From positions 2,914,001 through 2,978,000 of the forward strand of contig CAKKNE010000005.1 of assembly GCA_918797485.1 (NCBI GenBank): DNA of 64,000 nucleotides, read 5' to 3'. The DNA comes from Pelagomonas calceolata. Taxonomy: Eukaryota. The notes under the pieces were generated by a model that saw only the letters and a list, made by a program, of their open reading frames with translations, was not told the origin of the DNA and searched no databases. Shown piece after piece: positions 10,171 through 20,609 of this stretch; the first letter of the stretch is position 1; every line of letters starts with the position of its first letter. A program made the position numbers and the translations under genes.

Positions 10171-10356
10171 GTCCGTCACGTCGTCGCCGACGTAGATGGG
10201 CTGAACGCCGTCGAACCAGTCGTGCGCGCGCGCCACCCTCGGCCTCGCGCACCATATCTAATAAGTAAAGCGCCGCTTCGCCCAGGCCGCCGACGGCCGC
10301 AGCTCGAAGACGCACTTGCAGCTGAACTTCCGTAGCGTCCTAAAGGGCGCCAGCGC

Positions 10357-10516
10357 CTGCGCGCAAATCAACCAGTCGACGACGCCGCCGCGCTGGTCAT
10401 TCCCGCCGTCCGAGAACTGTGCCGCAACGCCGTCGAGCAGGCGTCACGTCGATGGCGTGGAGGTCATGATTCAGCGGAGAAAGGGTTGCGAAATTGACTT
10501 GTGCACTGGCCAGCAC
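10357..10516 (-). mobile_element. Introner-type intron
   Basis: TSD GTGCTGGC / GCGCTGGC; ends TTGATTTGCGCGCAG; internal GTCGATGGCGTGGAG core. Confidence 0.7.
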
Positions 10517-10622
10517 GAGCGGCGTCCACGACCCCCGCGACGCGCGGCCGGTCGGCCTCGGCGACGCCGCGCCAGTGGATCAAGACGGAGAAGACGTTGT
10601 CCTCGACGGACGCGCCCGCGAC

Positions 10623-10788
10623 CTGTGTGGAAATCAAAATTTTACGGCGCGTTGCGACGCCTGCTCGATGGCGTGGTAGTGCTTGTTCCTCACCGCTCGA
10701 CCGAGCCAGGACGGCCGCGCCGTCGCCGAGAAATGACTTAGCGAAGAATTGTCGGGTGCACCCGACGCACTGGTTGATTTCCACACAG
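10623..10788. mobile_element. Introner MITE with perfect 15-bp TIRs
   Basis: CTGTGTGGAAATCAA...TTGATTTCCACACAG; interior similar to the reverse complement of 55665-55826 and to 41116-41238. Confidence 0.9.
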
Positions 10789-10819
10789 CTTGTAACCGCC
10801 ACCGCCGCTGCTGCGCATT

Positions 10820-11095
10820 TAAGTTCTTCGACCCGAAGATCAGCCTCACGAGATCATCATACAATCTCTGCAAGACGGCCACGGGCAGCTCCGCGATCGC
10901 AAGACCAAAGGCCACGATGGCACCCGTGGACGTGTCCGCAAATAAATCGAACTGATCTCTAATAGAGGTCCTTGTCTCCAGCTCGCACTCCGCCAGCACG
11001 GCGAGAGGTACCACGCCGCACGCGCCGCCGCCGTCCACGCACAGCACGTGCTCGCCCGACGTCCTCTGGTTGATCGCGTACGCCGCGGTAGCCAC
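10820..11095 (-). pseudogene. Patatin-like phospholipase N-terminal fragment
   Basis: VLCVDGGGACG glycine loop and FDLFADTSTGAIVA (GxSxG degenerate); truncated against the TPP fragment. Confidence 0.7.
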
Positions 11096-11742
11096 CGGTC
11101 GGCTCTGGTAACTCTTCTAGCTCGGCGTCGGACTCCGCGCGGACGTCGTAGGCGCAGGAGCCACTCAAGCGGTTCGAGGCCACGTAGACTTGCACAGTCG
11201 AGCCCGCCTTGAGGGAGACGTCGTCCAAAACCAATTCTTCGTCGCTCGAATCGAGGCGAAGCTTCCGGATGGACGCGATGCACGGCGCACCGTCTCGCTT
11301 GAACGCTCTATTTTCGTCTAGAGCAAACGCTAGCACGTAGCAGTGGTCGCGCGGCCCGCCGAGCCAGTCACCCTTCTGGCCGCGTCGCTTGATGCTGACG
11401 CGCGCGCGCGTCGGCCGCCGCGCCGCGAGGCAGTAGCCTATACCTCTACCTTCTCGCAGCGAGTCGCTCGCCGTCCAGGCGTGGGCGTAAGCGCTCGCCG
11501 TGGTGGCCAGTGCTAGCTGTTCTTGCGCTGGTGCGGCGACCGGCGCGGCGACCGGAGAACCATCGCTGGCAGATCCGCTGGCGGCTTTTATGAGTAGGCC
11601 TAACACCAGCCAGCATTGCTGGGATTGCAGCGAGTATTGCTCTCGGGAAACTCTGCGGCAATGGTCCCTAGCAGGGCGAAACGTGGAATTTAACCCGGTG
11701 GGGCAAGCACCAGTGGCAGCTTTTGCCACAGGTAAGCTTTTG

Positions 11743-11764
11743 CTAGTGTCTTACAGCCCGCTAG
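11743..11764 (-). promoter_or_regulatory. CTAG-box motif
   Basis: CTAGTGTCTTACAGCCCGCTAG, at the head of the minus-strand mosaic 8.7-11.7 kb. Confidence 0.65.
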
Positions 11765-12703
11765 CACGGGCCGGGCGGCCCGGGCCCTATTTTTCCAAAC
11801 AACAAGTACAATCTCAGCAGTGATCTACGTACCTAATCCTCTAGTACGGGAGCTCGGGCGACGAGGACTCGATCGACTCGAGCCGTCCGGCGCTGCGCGA
11901 TTTAACAAAACCTTTAAGCAAAAAGCGCAAGAACGCCGCGGCCAAGGCTATTATTTTGTTGGCGCGGGGCGGCGGCGAGCTCGACGCGGCGTTAACGTTA
12001 CGACAGTCGGGCGTGCGCGCGCGGGACGCGCTCTACGCGCGTATTGTGGATGTCGCCGACGAGATGCCCGGCGCGGCGACGCTCGACGAGCTCCTCTTTT
12101 ACGCCGCGGACGCCAAGGCGCCGCCCCATCAGGGCAAGCGGGCCAAGACGGAGCGCGAGGCCGAGACGGGCTTCGCGGGGACGCTGCTCGGTGGCGGCGC
12201 GCCGGCGCCGTCGCGCGAGGAGGAGGAGTCGTCTCGGGGGATGTAAAGTACTATTTCGTGGGTCAAAAATGTCGATGTGGACCGTGGTTCCGTGGGCCGC
12301 AAGGGTATGTTCCGCGGCCGCTACTGTAAAATTTTTGGTCTCGCCGAGCGACTACGATGAATTGTGAATTTGGGAAATTGTTTATTACGCCGCTCACGGG
12401 GCTGGAGCCTTTTCCGCAGCGATCTTGCAGAATCCGCCGGAGGATTTCGGTCTTAACCCGATGCACTTCACGCGGAACGTGCATCGTAGTTTGCGCGGTT
12501 GGTGGAAGGAGGCAACCGCAGTTTTGCTTAAGCGAGCGAATACCGCAATTGCCACACATGGGCGTACGGCCCCCCAACCCGGACACGACGCAAAGACCTG
12601 TGCCCCCTGTTGCGTCGACGAGGCATCGAAGCGCGGTTCGACTGGACGGCGGCACCGCGCTCAAGAGCACTTGTCAAGGGCGGAGCTGCTATCTGACAGT
12701 ACT

Positions 12704-14266
12704 TCACCAGTCGACCTGGTGCTCGCCAATGGCGTGAGGTCGTATGTTTATAAATTGCGCAATGATAGCCACCAACTCGGGGGGTAACTGGGTTCCACTC
12801 CCTCGCGACAATTGCGAAACAATCCTCCCCCAATACGCGAGATAGCGCTTCTCCCAAGCGCCCCATAGTCGCTTAAACAGGGGAAGTGAGCGCCGGCTGC
12901 ATTCCCCACCGTCACAAATGAGCAAGAGCGCCGTCTTCGCAGCAGAAACCAAGTGTTCATCTTTCTCCCGCGCACCCAGGTTGTCGTAGATCCTCAACAT
13001 CTCATCAAGAGGGAATTGTTGCGCACCCGAGCATGGGGAGCGCACCTGCACCATTTCATCGAGCTGCAGGAGGAGGTTGACACTATAGTAGTCGAAATTC
13101 GCAGCGGCCAAATGAAGTACGGTGATGTAGTCGCCGTCATCCCCGACTTCCTGAGTCAAGTACGCACGGTATCCATCCTGAAACCCTTCTTCCCTATGGT
13201 AAATGCAGCTTACGAGAAGCTCAAAGATTTGCCCCCGTCGTGGGTCGCCGTCGTCGCAAAAAAGGTAGTATGCCAAAAAGAGAGGTGTAACCTGGTCTCC
13301 CTCGCGAGGGTCGTGCTCCTCTACCTCGTCTGGGTGTCCGAGCCGGAGTAACGCTACAACCGCGTCAAGCCTGCCATCCTGGACGGCTAGGTAAAGCGGG
13401 CTCTCTGCCTGGCCGTGATAATCCAAGTCCAAGCCAATACCCACACGGCGGACGAGCACCGTCAGCGCAGAGACGAGGGGCTCTCCAGCGAGCTGTTGTA
13501 GTGCTAGATGACTGCTGCGGCAATTCACGTGAACGTAGGCGCGGCCGTCCGACCAAGATATAAGGTCCTGGGGACCGACGTCGCTGCCGCCACAAACAAT
13601 ACAGCAGTCGCCACGGTGCTGATAGCACAAAACAACAAAGGGCATGCAGGAGGCGTCGCTCTCGCTCTCGCTCTCGCTCTCGCTCTCACCGTTGATCACG
13701 GTAGACAGGGCGAAAGGTGCCGACGCCTTGAGGGCGCAGCTCGCGTGGACCGCGGCGCGGCAGCCCGCGTGGCCGCACCGGACGGCGTTGCCGCGGCCGC
13801 AGACGTCGCACCTCGTCTCCGCGCGCTCGGGGCCGACGTCGAGGTCGACGGCGCACATGTCGTCGTCAGCATCGAGCTCGGGCGTCCAGAGATGGCAGCA
13901 CACGTGGGTCCAGCCACCCGTGCGGCCGACGCGCTTCAGGCCGCCGCCGTGCGCGCCGCAGAGACCACACAGCGGATTAGTGTCAGCGCGGCAGGGGTCG
14001 CAGCGCCACCGCGGCGGCGGCGCGCCGACGACGCCGTAGCAACCCCGGTGGACTCTAACCCGGCACCCGACGCAGTCGACGAACGGGCCGGCGTCCTGAC
14101 CACCGCCACAGACGGCGCAGATGTCGCTGCGGTTCACTTCCTCCCGCGGGCCCTCGTCGCGCGCGAACCGGTCTAGCACCGCTTCTTCGTTTTCGTCCTT
14201 CGCGGCGGCGAGGTCGGGCGGCTTTCGCCAGACGGGTGGCCAGGTTAGCTCTAGTGTGCTCTGCAT
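12704..14266 (-). CDS. PHD-Zn knuckle-PHD (PZP) module fused to ankyrin-like repeats
   Basis: CAVC...CVGCRVRVHRGCYG...WRCDPC, CGLC...GGLK...WTHVCCHLWTPE, CDVC...HASCA; then SPLYLA, TPLFLA, TVLHLAA; C-terminal QLPPELVAIIAQF. Confidence 0.8.
   Translation of the reverse strand: MQSTLELTWPPVWRKPPDLAAAKDENEEAVLDRFARDEGPREEVNRSDICAVCGGGQDAGPFVDCVGCRVRVHRGCYGVVGAPPPRWRCDPCRADTNPLCGLCGAHGGGLKRVGRTGGWTHVCCHLWTPELDADDDMCAVDLDVGPERAETRCDVCGRGNAVRCGHAGCRAAVHASCALKASAPFALSTVINGESESESESESDASCMPFVVLCYQHRGDCCIVCGGSDVGPQDLISWSDGRAYVHVNCRSSHLALQQLAGEPLVSALTVLVRRVGIGLDLDYHGQAESPLYLAVQDGRLDAVVALLRLGHPDEVEEHDPREGDQVTPLFLAYYLFCDDGDPRRGQIFELLVSCIYHREEGFQDGYRAYLTQEVGDDGDYITVLHLAAANFDYYSVNLLLQLDEMVQVRSPCSGAQQFPLDEMLRIYDNLGAREKDEHLVSAAKTALLLICDGGECSRRSLPLFKRLWGAWEKRYLAYWGRIVSQLSRGSGTQLPPELVAIIAQFINIRPHAIGEHQVDW
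13656..13687. repeat. (TCGCTC)n microsatellite encoding poly-ES
   Basis: About five hexamer copies near the GC-content switch within the PZP-ANK gene. Confidence 0.85.
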
Positions 14267-14297
14267 AATCCCGCTGCTTCGTCGCTCCTGTGTCTTG

Positions 14298-14319
14298 CTA
14301 GTGTCTTACAGGCCGCTAG
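14298..14319 (-). promoter_or_regulatory. CTAG-box motif
   Basis: CTAGTGTCTTACAGGCCGCTAG just upstream of the minus-strand ORF start at 14266. Confidence 0.7.
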
Positions 14320-14343
14320 CTATGACAGGACAGGCGAGGTTAA

Positions 14344-14395
14344 AAATCACTGGCGATCGAGCCCCGAGTCTCCTGCCCCGGGTCGACAGCGTTTG
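14344..14395. repeat. Dispersed ANK-adjacent repeat, copy 2 (internally shortened)
   Basis: AAATCACTGGCGATCGAGCCCCG...CTCCTG...GTCGACAGCGTTTG, matching both ends of copy 3. Confidence 0.85.
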
Positions 14396-14559
14396 GGTGC
14401 GCACAGCAGCCGCCCGCCACTACAGCCGCCCACACTTGCATCCTCTGCGTCGTGCCACTGGACACGGCGTCGGAGCCTAGCGGCTAGGCTAGACGGCGCA
14501 GACCTCTATAACGCACGTGCTTTGCGCACAGCTTAGAGCTAAGCCGCCTAGCCACCACG

Positions 14560-15312
14560 ATGCTGCGGATAAGCACCATAAACAACCACACCTATACGTC
14601 GCCGCGGCCACCGGGCGGGCAAATACACGATGCCGCGCTGGATGCCATCCCAGGCACGTTGCGAGAGAGACTGGAGCTTGGCGACTCGCCGAACGTAGTA
14701 GGTCCAGTCAAGGATTGGCGGCCCCTCCACTATCTGTTACGCGAGGGCGACAAAATGGAAGCTCGGCTCACCTGCTTACTTATTCTCCTTGAAGCGGGAG
14801 CAGATATTGATGCGCCGGACGTGGACGACATGACACCGCTCGACCACGCTGCCGAGTCTTGCCACGTGAACGTGGTCGCCGCTCTACTCGAAGCCGGTGC
14901 CGACGTAAACAGAGGCGGTGAATACAATGTTACGCCTCTTCACCACGCATGTGAACGTCATTTTGATTCTGACGTCGCGCCTGCAAAAGTGCTCATCAGA
15001 AATGGTGCCACGGTCGACGCGCGAGACAGGTGGGGCCAAGCGCCCCTCGACTACGCTATTCGACATCTACAGGTCAAGTCCAGGCGCCGCCGCCACATCC
15101 TCCCGATCCTCCTCCGCGCCGGCGCCGCCCTCCCCGCAGAATCGGACGACGCGTACATCCGGAAAGTGATCGCGGCGGGCAACATCGGCCGCTACGAGCG
15201 CATCCACCTCAACGACCTCGGAGCGATCTTCGTACCGAAGTTCGCCCACCTCCTCCCGCCGGAGATGGTCCGCCGCGTCGTCGAGTACGCCTTTCACGTT
15301 GGGGATTACTGA
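14560..15312 (+). CDS. Ankyrin-repeat protein with family C-terminal box
   Basis: RPLHY, TPLDHAA, TPLHHAC, APLDYA; C-terminus YIRKVIAAGNIGRYERIHL...KFAHLLPPEMVRRVVEYAFHVGDY. Confidence 0.9.
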   Translation: MLRISTINNHTYTSPRPPGGQIHDAALDAIPGTLRERLELGDSPNVVGPVKDWRPLHYLLREGDKMEARLTCLLILLEAGADIDAPDVDDMTPLDHAAESCHVNVVAALLEAGADVNRGGEYNVTPLHHACERHFDSDVAPAKVLIRNGATVDARDRWGQAPLDYAIRHLQVKSRRRRHILPILLRAGAALPAESDDAYIRKVIAAGNIGRYERIHLNDLGAIFVPKFAHLLPPEMVRRVVEYAFHVGDY

Positions 15313-15472
15313 GTAAACAAGCACACGAAAATGGAAGGATGGTTTGAAGCATTCCTAAACGAGACGTTCAGTCCAGAGTTGTCAGACTCCATGGCGAGGA
15401 ACATGAAATGACCCTCGTAGCAGCTACGCAACGCCTCTGTTCGAGCTAGAGCCCTTCGAAGAAGCCAAGGGT

Positions 15473-15640
15473 GTGCTACGAAAGACATTTCCTGCGGCGC
15501 AGCGCGTTCTCGGTGGTGACCATGAGGACACGCTCGGTCCTGATGAAAGATGTTTACGCGAGGGCGCTCTACAAAGCCGACACTTGATGATCCCCGCGAG
15601 GCCGTGGCGACGCTCGAGGATACACGCGCCGCGGGCGTGC
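15473..15640 (+). pseudogene. TPR-like repeat remnant
   Basis: LRKTFPAAQRVLGGDHEDTL, then TLDDPREAVATLEDT in a shifted frame; same family as 8190-8390. Confidence 0.55.
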
Positions 15641-15952
15641 GAAGTCAACGTGGTCCTCGAGCGTGCCGCGAAGGCGCTCGTGCTGAGCCTCGCGTGGTAC
15701 TCGACGGACCAGGAGGGCGACGACGTGGCGGCGCTGCTCGAGCTCGTGTGGCGCGACGCGCAGCTCCCGGCAAAACGCGTGTTCTCGTCGATCGGCAAGG
15801 TCAAGTTCGAGGTGGACCTGTTCGCGGTGGCGGTGTTCCAGAACGCACACTACACGGCGTTCGTGCGCGCGAGGGATGGCTCGGACTCGTGGACGTACCA
15901 CGACCGACGCTCGGCCGTCGCCGTCGGGACGTTTGCGAACGTCGTGCAGCAG
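15640..15952 (+). pseudogene. Ubiquitin-specific protease C-terminal (His-box) fragment
   Basis: LFAVAVFQNAHYTAFVRARDGSDSWTYHD resembles the USP His box; no Cys box present. Confidence 0.55.
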
Positions 15953-16092
15953 CCCAGGCCGCCAGAGGCCCCAAATCCAATCGAGTCGAGACAATCGAGA
16001 CATCGAGACGTCCGGCGGGCCCCAGGCCGCCAGAGGGCCCAAATCGAATCGAATCGAGACAATCTGCTTCATCGAGACGTCGAGACGTCCGG
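15953..16092. repeat. ~68-bp imperfect tandem duplication rich in ATCGAGAC
   Basis: CCCAGGCCGCCAGAGG...AATCGA...GAGACGTCCGG starting at 15953 and 16021. Confidence 0.8.
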
Positions 16093-16561
16093 AAGCGGCC
16101 ACTGGACTCATATGTTTCTATAACCTCGGTCGCAAGCCTCACCCCCCCAGCCCCCCTAAAAATAAACCCTTACCAACGGGAGCCTAAACACGTGTCCACG
16201 GGGGTCGGAGTTCGTCTAGTGTGGTTTGTCTCCTCGGAGTCTTCGGGTATACATAACTTTTTAACGTGCCGGTACCTACCTTCCTACGACTGACGCTGTA
16301 GATGTCGATGTGACGGTGCTAGTACTAGTGGGCGGAGCCCCTGGCGCCGTAGATCGCGCTAGCGGCAGTGAGGCACTAGAGAGAAAAAAAAACAAGCCGG
16401 GCGCGTGTTTCAGCCGCACAGCTAACTGCTGCTCCTAGTGATTGCTTTGAGAGACATCTATATTTGCTGCGCGCTCGCAGTCTGCAGCGAAACGCATCGA
16501 TTGTAGGAGAGCCCCCTGAGCCTCTGCGCTCTCTGAGCCGTCGAGCCGCGGGCTGCGCGTC

Positions 16562-17638
16562 ATGGAGCAAGTCATCGCGCCGCAAGAGATAATCGACGCG
16601 ATCCGTCAAGGCGATCTCGAAGCGATTAAGGCCTGGGTGGCAGCGGGCGGCGACCCAAATGCTAAGAGGGACTGCAGCAACGAATTGCGCTTCGTCGACG
16701 AACTGGGCTTCGTCGACCGCGACCGGTGGAACCAGCCGCTGCCACCCGGCAGCAGGTACGAGACTCTCCTCCATGTAGCCGCGGACTTTAAGTGGGCGGA
16801 GATTTGCGAATATCTTTTATCGCGAGGCGCGCGCGTAGACACCACGGACGCCTCGGAGAGATGCCCCATACGGGCCACTCCATTGTGGCACGCAGTGCGT
16901 TTATGTGGCGACGTCCCAGTTCAAGATACGCTCGCCACCGTACGAGTCATCCTCTCGTACGGCGCCGACCCCAATTTGCACGCTACGTACTACCAGGGCG
17001 GGACTCCTCCTACTCCTCTATGCCAACTGCTATTTTGGACGAATTTGTGGTATGGCGCAGAATTTGATGACCACAGAACGGACTTGGTTCCAATCGTTCG
17101 GATGCTTCTTCGTTCCGGTGCAGATCCGGAGGACGATCATCTAAATCCGTACTGGCCGCAAGGACGCATCACGGCGGAAGGACACGCTCGTAGAAGCAGA
17201 GATCTTTTCCGGAGGCGCGCCGCTGAAATTGGCACTGCTGAACTTGAAGAGAAGGCGGGCCAGTGTGGTCAGGCCGCCGATCTCCTCGCCGGGGTGCGCA
17301 TAGCAGGCAGCTGGCCGCGCTACTTTCTCCGGCCGCACATGAGGTGTGTGGTCTTTCGCGCCCTGTGCCAACGCGGGCGAGCTATGTTTGACCACAGGAC
17401 GCCCACCGTGCTCGTCTGTTTGTTCGGCGCCCCGCCCTCACACGGCTACGCGCTTTGGCGTGAGCAAAAGCAGCCCTTACGTTTATTGCGCAATAATGAT
17501 CCCGACATGCCGGATATTCCCGACGTCGTCTTCTGGCGCGTGCTCACGTTCATGTTTGGGACCGCGTACGATTACCCCTGGGTTCGGCCGCGGCTCCGGG
17601 CCCGCGCGGCCGCCCAGGGTTCTAGTACCTATACCTAG
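16562..17638 (+). CDS. Ankyrin-repeat protein
   Basis: TLLHVAA, TPLWHA, GADPN, TPLCQL; C-terminal region AGSWPRYF...IPDVVFWRVLTFMF. Confidence 0.85.
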   Translation: MEQVIAPQEIIDAIRQGDLEAIKAWVAAGGDPNAKRDCSNELRFVDELGFVDRDRWNQPLPPGSRYETLLHVAADFKWAEICEYLLSRGARVDTTDASERCPIRATPLWHAVRLCGDVPVQDTLATVRVILSYGADPNLHATYYQGGTPPTPLCQLLFWTNLWYGAEFDDHRTDLVPIVRMLLRSGADPEDDHLNPYWPQGRITAEGHARRSRDLFRRRAAEIGTAELEEKAGQCGQAADLLAGVRIAGSWPRYFLRPHMRCVVFRALCQRGRAMFDHRTPTVLVCLFGAPPSHGYALWREQKQPLRLLRNNDPDMPDIPDVVFWRVLTFMFGTAYDYPWVRPRLRARAAAQGSSTYT

Positions 17639-17814
17639 GTCAAGCCCGCCACCTCCGACAAAAAAAAACGGCTCGCAGAGGAACGCTTTCTCAACAAGTC
17701 GGCGCTTGCCGCCGTCCAGGGACCGGAGCTCTGCGCTGCGCCACAAGCGGTTGTGGTTCGCCTCATGCTGCAGGTAAGTGTCGCACGGCACCCGCGCCGA
17801 CGTCGACAAGAACT

Positions 17815-18430
17815 GTGGCATCCGATTCCCTCTCGACGGACGACACCGCTGGCTCGTCGTCGTCGGACGCCGAGTCGGACGGCTACGAGTCCGGCGGGTC
17901 AGATTCGACGTACTACGACCCGCACGACATCTACTGTATACACCAAGGCTACGGCGACCGGGACGTGGTCTACGGCGCCGAGGCCGGCGACCCCGTCTTC
18001 CCCGTCGGGACCGATGGTTGTACCAAGGCGCAGAAACGCGGTACGGCGGCGCGACGTCGGTCGTCGTCGCGCCGACGTCCTGGTACTACGCCCGGAAGGG
18101 GCGGATACGCATCTGGACCTTCTTTGACGGCTTCTTCTCCGTGGACCACGCCCGCTTGCGGAGCGCGTAGGACCGCAACGCCCTGATCCACGCGGGCGCC
18201 GACGTGACTTTGCCGACGGTGGTCACCGACCTGACGGAACTCGGGTTCGCGCCGGTGCCTTGGTTACCCGGACGTGGTCGCCACGTTCTCCAGGCGGGCG
18301 TGCAGCCGTCGCTCCGCGCGGAGTGGGGGGGCCACGCACGTGCCGGTCCCGGTAGGGGACGGCCGATCTACTGCTTCAGGCCCAAGCCCCGGCTCACCGC
18401 TACCGCGGCGCCGAGCGAACGCCATACAAG
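17815..18430 (+). pseudogene. Disrupted coding-like fragment, unknown product
   Basis: GC3-rich reading from ATG 17815 continues only across frameshifts and an in-frame TAG (~18168). Confidence 0.35.
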
Positions 18431-18769
18431 ATCGAAGACGCTGCACGCGTCTACGTCCCCGCCGTGGACGTGGCCCGCGGCTTCGTCTCCTACGCACGGC
18501 AAGTGGCCCTCGGCCATCTTCACACCGAACTGATCCCAACCGTCGGAACAATCTTGCGCTCGCTCGTGGGTTGCTCTGGCGGAACGACCAGGACTTACGG
18601 ATAGCGGCAGTACGCATACTCTGGATGGTTGAAACTCAAGGGCGGGGAACGTAGAGAAAGTCTGGTAGCAGCAATCAACAACTCCTTAGCCTACCTCACT
18701 CCAGAGCGGCACGCAGAAGCTCAGGCACTCGCGGCGCGACATGTTGCTGGCGAGATTGATAGATTCATC

Positions 18770-18925
18770 CTCAGATCACGACGCGCTCGATGAGGAGGTC
18801 GTGACGTCTCTCAAGGAGGTGGAACGGACCAAACGGAGCGTCTTCGGTGGCACGCACCCACTCCCTGTCCTGACCGAGGAAGGGATTGCGCGGCCGCATG
18901 CAGCACTCCACACCCGCAAAAAGGA
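18770..18925 (+). pseudogene. TPR-like repeat remnant (highly decayed)
   Basis: ALDEEVVTSLKEVERTKRSVFGGTHP matches TLDDIRKAVTTLEEMTRTARRVLGGAHP at 8190-8390. Confidence 0.5.
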
Positions 18926-20609
18926 CGCTGCCACCGCCGTCAGGAACTGTGTAACTGTATACAGCTTGTCACCGCACCTTGGTTGGGGCGCTATCGTTTG
19001 TCCGCGACCGAGCGATTGCCAAGTTCTCCATATGTGACATTGGCCGACACCGCGACGCCTCGCACTACGCCTACCGATCGGAACAGCTAATTCTACGGAC
19101 ACCTACGCCGATTAATATGCGGCATGCGGCCATGTCACGCCACATCGTCAGGCGCCACATCGTCATAAATCGTCACAATATTAAAACGTTTGCTCGTGTG
19201 CACCCAGGTCGAAGACGGTATTTCACGGCGACGACTCGACAGCCAATTAATTGGCTGCACATCTGGGTGGCGCAGTGCCAAAAAAGAAAAACCAAACAAA
19301 AATTACACCCCCCCCCCCTAGTGCCTGCGCCACCCCTGCCTAAGTGCACTTCTCCCCATTCGTCTTCATACCGACGCTGCGATGGACCGGTGCGCTTCGT
19401 GGCATAGCCTACCCCATACAGTGCGTGGGTCGCAACGCCCCCGCCGCGCCCTTCTTCACGCAGGTCGTCAAGCCAGTGGGCATGCCCACCGCGACCCGGG
19501 CTCGGCATTGTAGCCTTCGTCACGCTAACGTAGGACACCAAGGGCGAGGCGGCAGTTCCCGTATCGGAGGGCAGCGTGGGCGCGGTGGGTCGCGTCTCCG
19601 CCGGAGGTCGTCGAGGCCGCGCTGGTGGGCGTCCCGCATCGCGTGCGCGGTGTCATCTGGCGCGGCGGAGCTAGTCCTCGGATTGAGGACAGATCCTGGA
19701 AGAGCGCAGCGCGCGTCCCGAATGATGCTCATCTACGTGATGCAGTCGTCAAGACACCGTTTCTGCAGCAATGATCCGTCGCGCGACGTTACGGGGTGGA
19801 GGTACCCCACGGTTCCGCGATGGACCCCTTTCCTCGAGCGCTCGAGAGCAATCACAGTCCGTAGGATCTTTTCTGTTTTTTTTCCAAAAGGGGAAGAGAT
19901 CAGCCGACGTCCGCGTCTTCGGCGGGAGCACTGTCACGGCACAGCACGTCTCGCGGCGGGCAACTCGGCCGGTGCAGGCCGAGGATCTTCGTGCGTGCTT
20001 TTCGATTTTGTCGGAATGAATGACGGCACCGCGGCAGCTGTAGCTCCGTTCTGCCGCGCCGCAACGCGTCGTGCGTCGCGTCGTGAGTGGATTTATCAAG
20101 CACTAACAGCACTGCAAGGCAATGTGCCCGCTGCTCTCGCAGAGCCCTGAGGAGCGAGTAAAATGTCGAAGCAATTAAAACAGCGGGTGCGAACGTTGCT
20201 GGCGCGAGCGAGGTGCTGTTTGGCCGCGGTGCACTCGAGTGTAATGCTCTTCTCGTAGTTTAGCTCGGCCTGGAGTCAAGACGACGACCAGTTGGCCATC
20301 GCTCGCGTGGTTGGGCAGGCATCGATGCACAGAGTAGGAGGCCAGGAACCTCGAGCGACCAGCTCGGCACTCGGCTACGTATCTTGGCGTCCTGACTTTG
20401 TACGCCGGACTAACACTAACAAGTCGCCGCAGCGCTGGTACGTCACACCGCGCGCCACACACTCACTGGCGCACTCTCGACGAAATTACAGCTCAATTGC
20501 GCGAGTTGCTACCAAAGCAACACAGCAACCACAAGACTAGCTAGGCGACGCGACGACGCCGCGCGTCGTCCTTCCAGTTCGAAAAGGACGACGCGCCACG
20601 GACAACGAA

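Larger units (their letters stand above)
9880..10810 (-). pseudogene. Trehalose-6-phosphate phosphatase (HAD) C-terminal fragment
   Basis: GASVEDNVFSVLIHWR, KCVFELRP, PIYVGDDVTD...DAFKAL and TRATHRL motifs, spread over frameshifted pieces and three intron-like inserts. Confidence 0.75.

Noticed and set aside
8854..10236. 460-aa ORF as a single functional gene
   Set aside because: It reads through a dead intron and joins a TPP fragment to an unrelated dioxygenase-like fragment, with no proper start.
10615..10796. Patatin/TPP chimera formed by recombination between introner copies, suggested by mismatched TSDs
   Set aside because: The flanks CCCGCGAC and CTTGTAAC differ only by transitions, and a TPP-compatible frame continues past the element. 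A decayed TSD with the junction ~20 bp further on is simpler.
18979..20540. ORFs at 19-20.5 kb
   Set aside because: No recognisable motifs, mostly non-ATG starts and no coding-like codon bias; treated as decayed or non-coding DNA.
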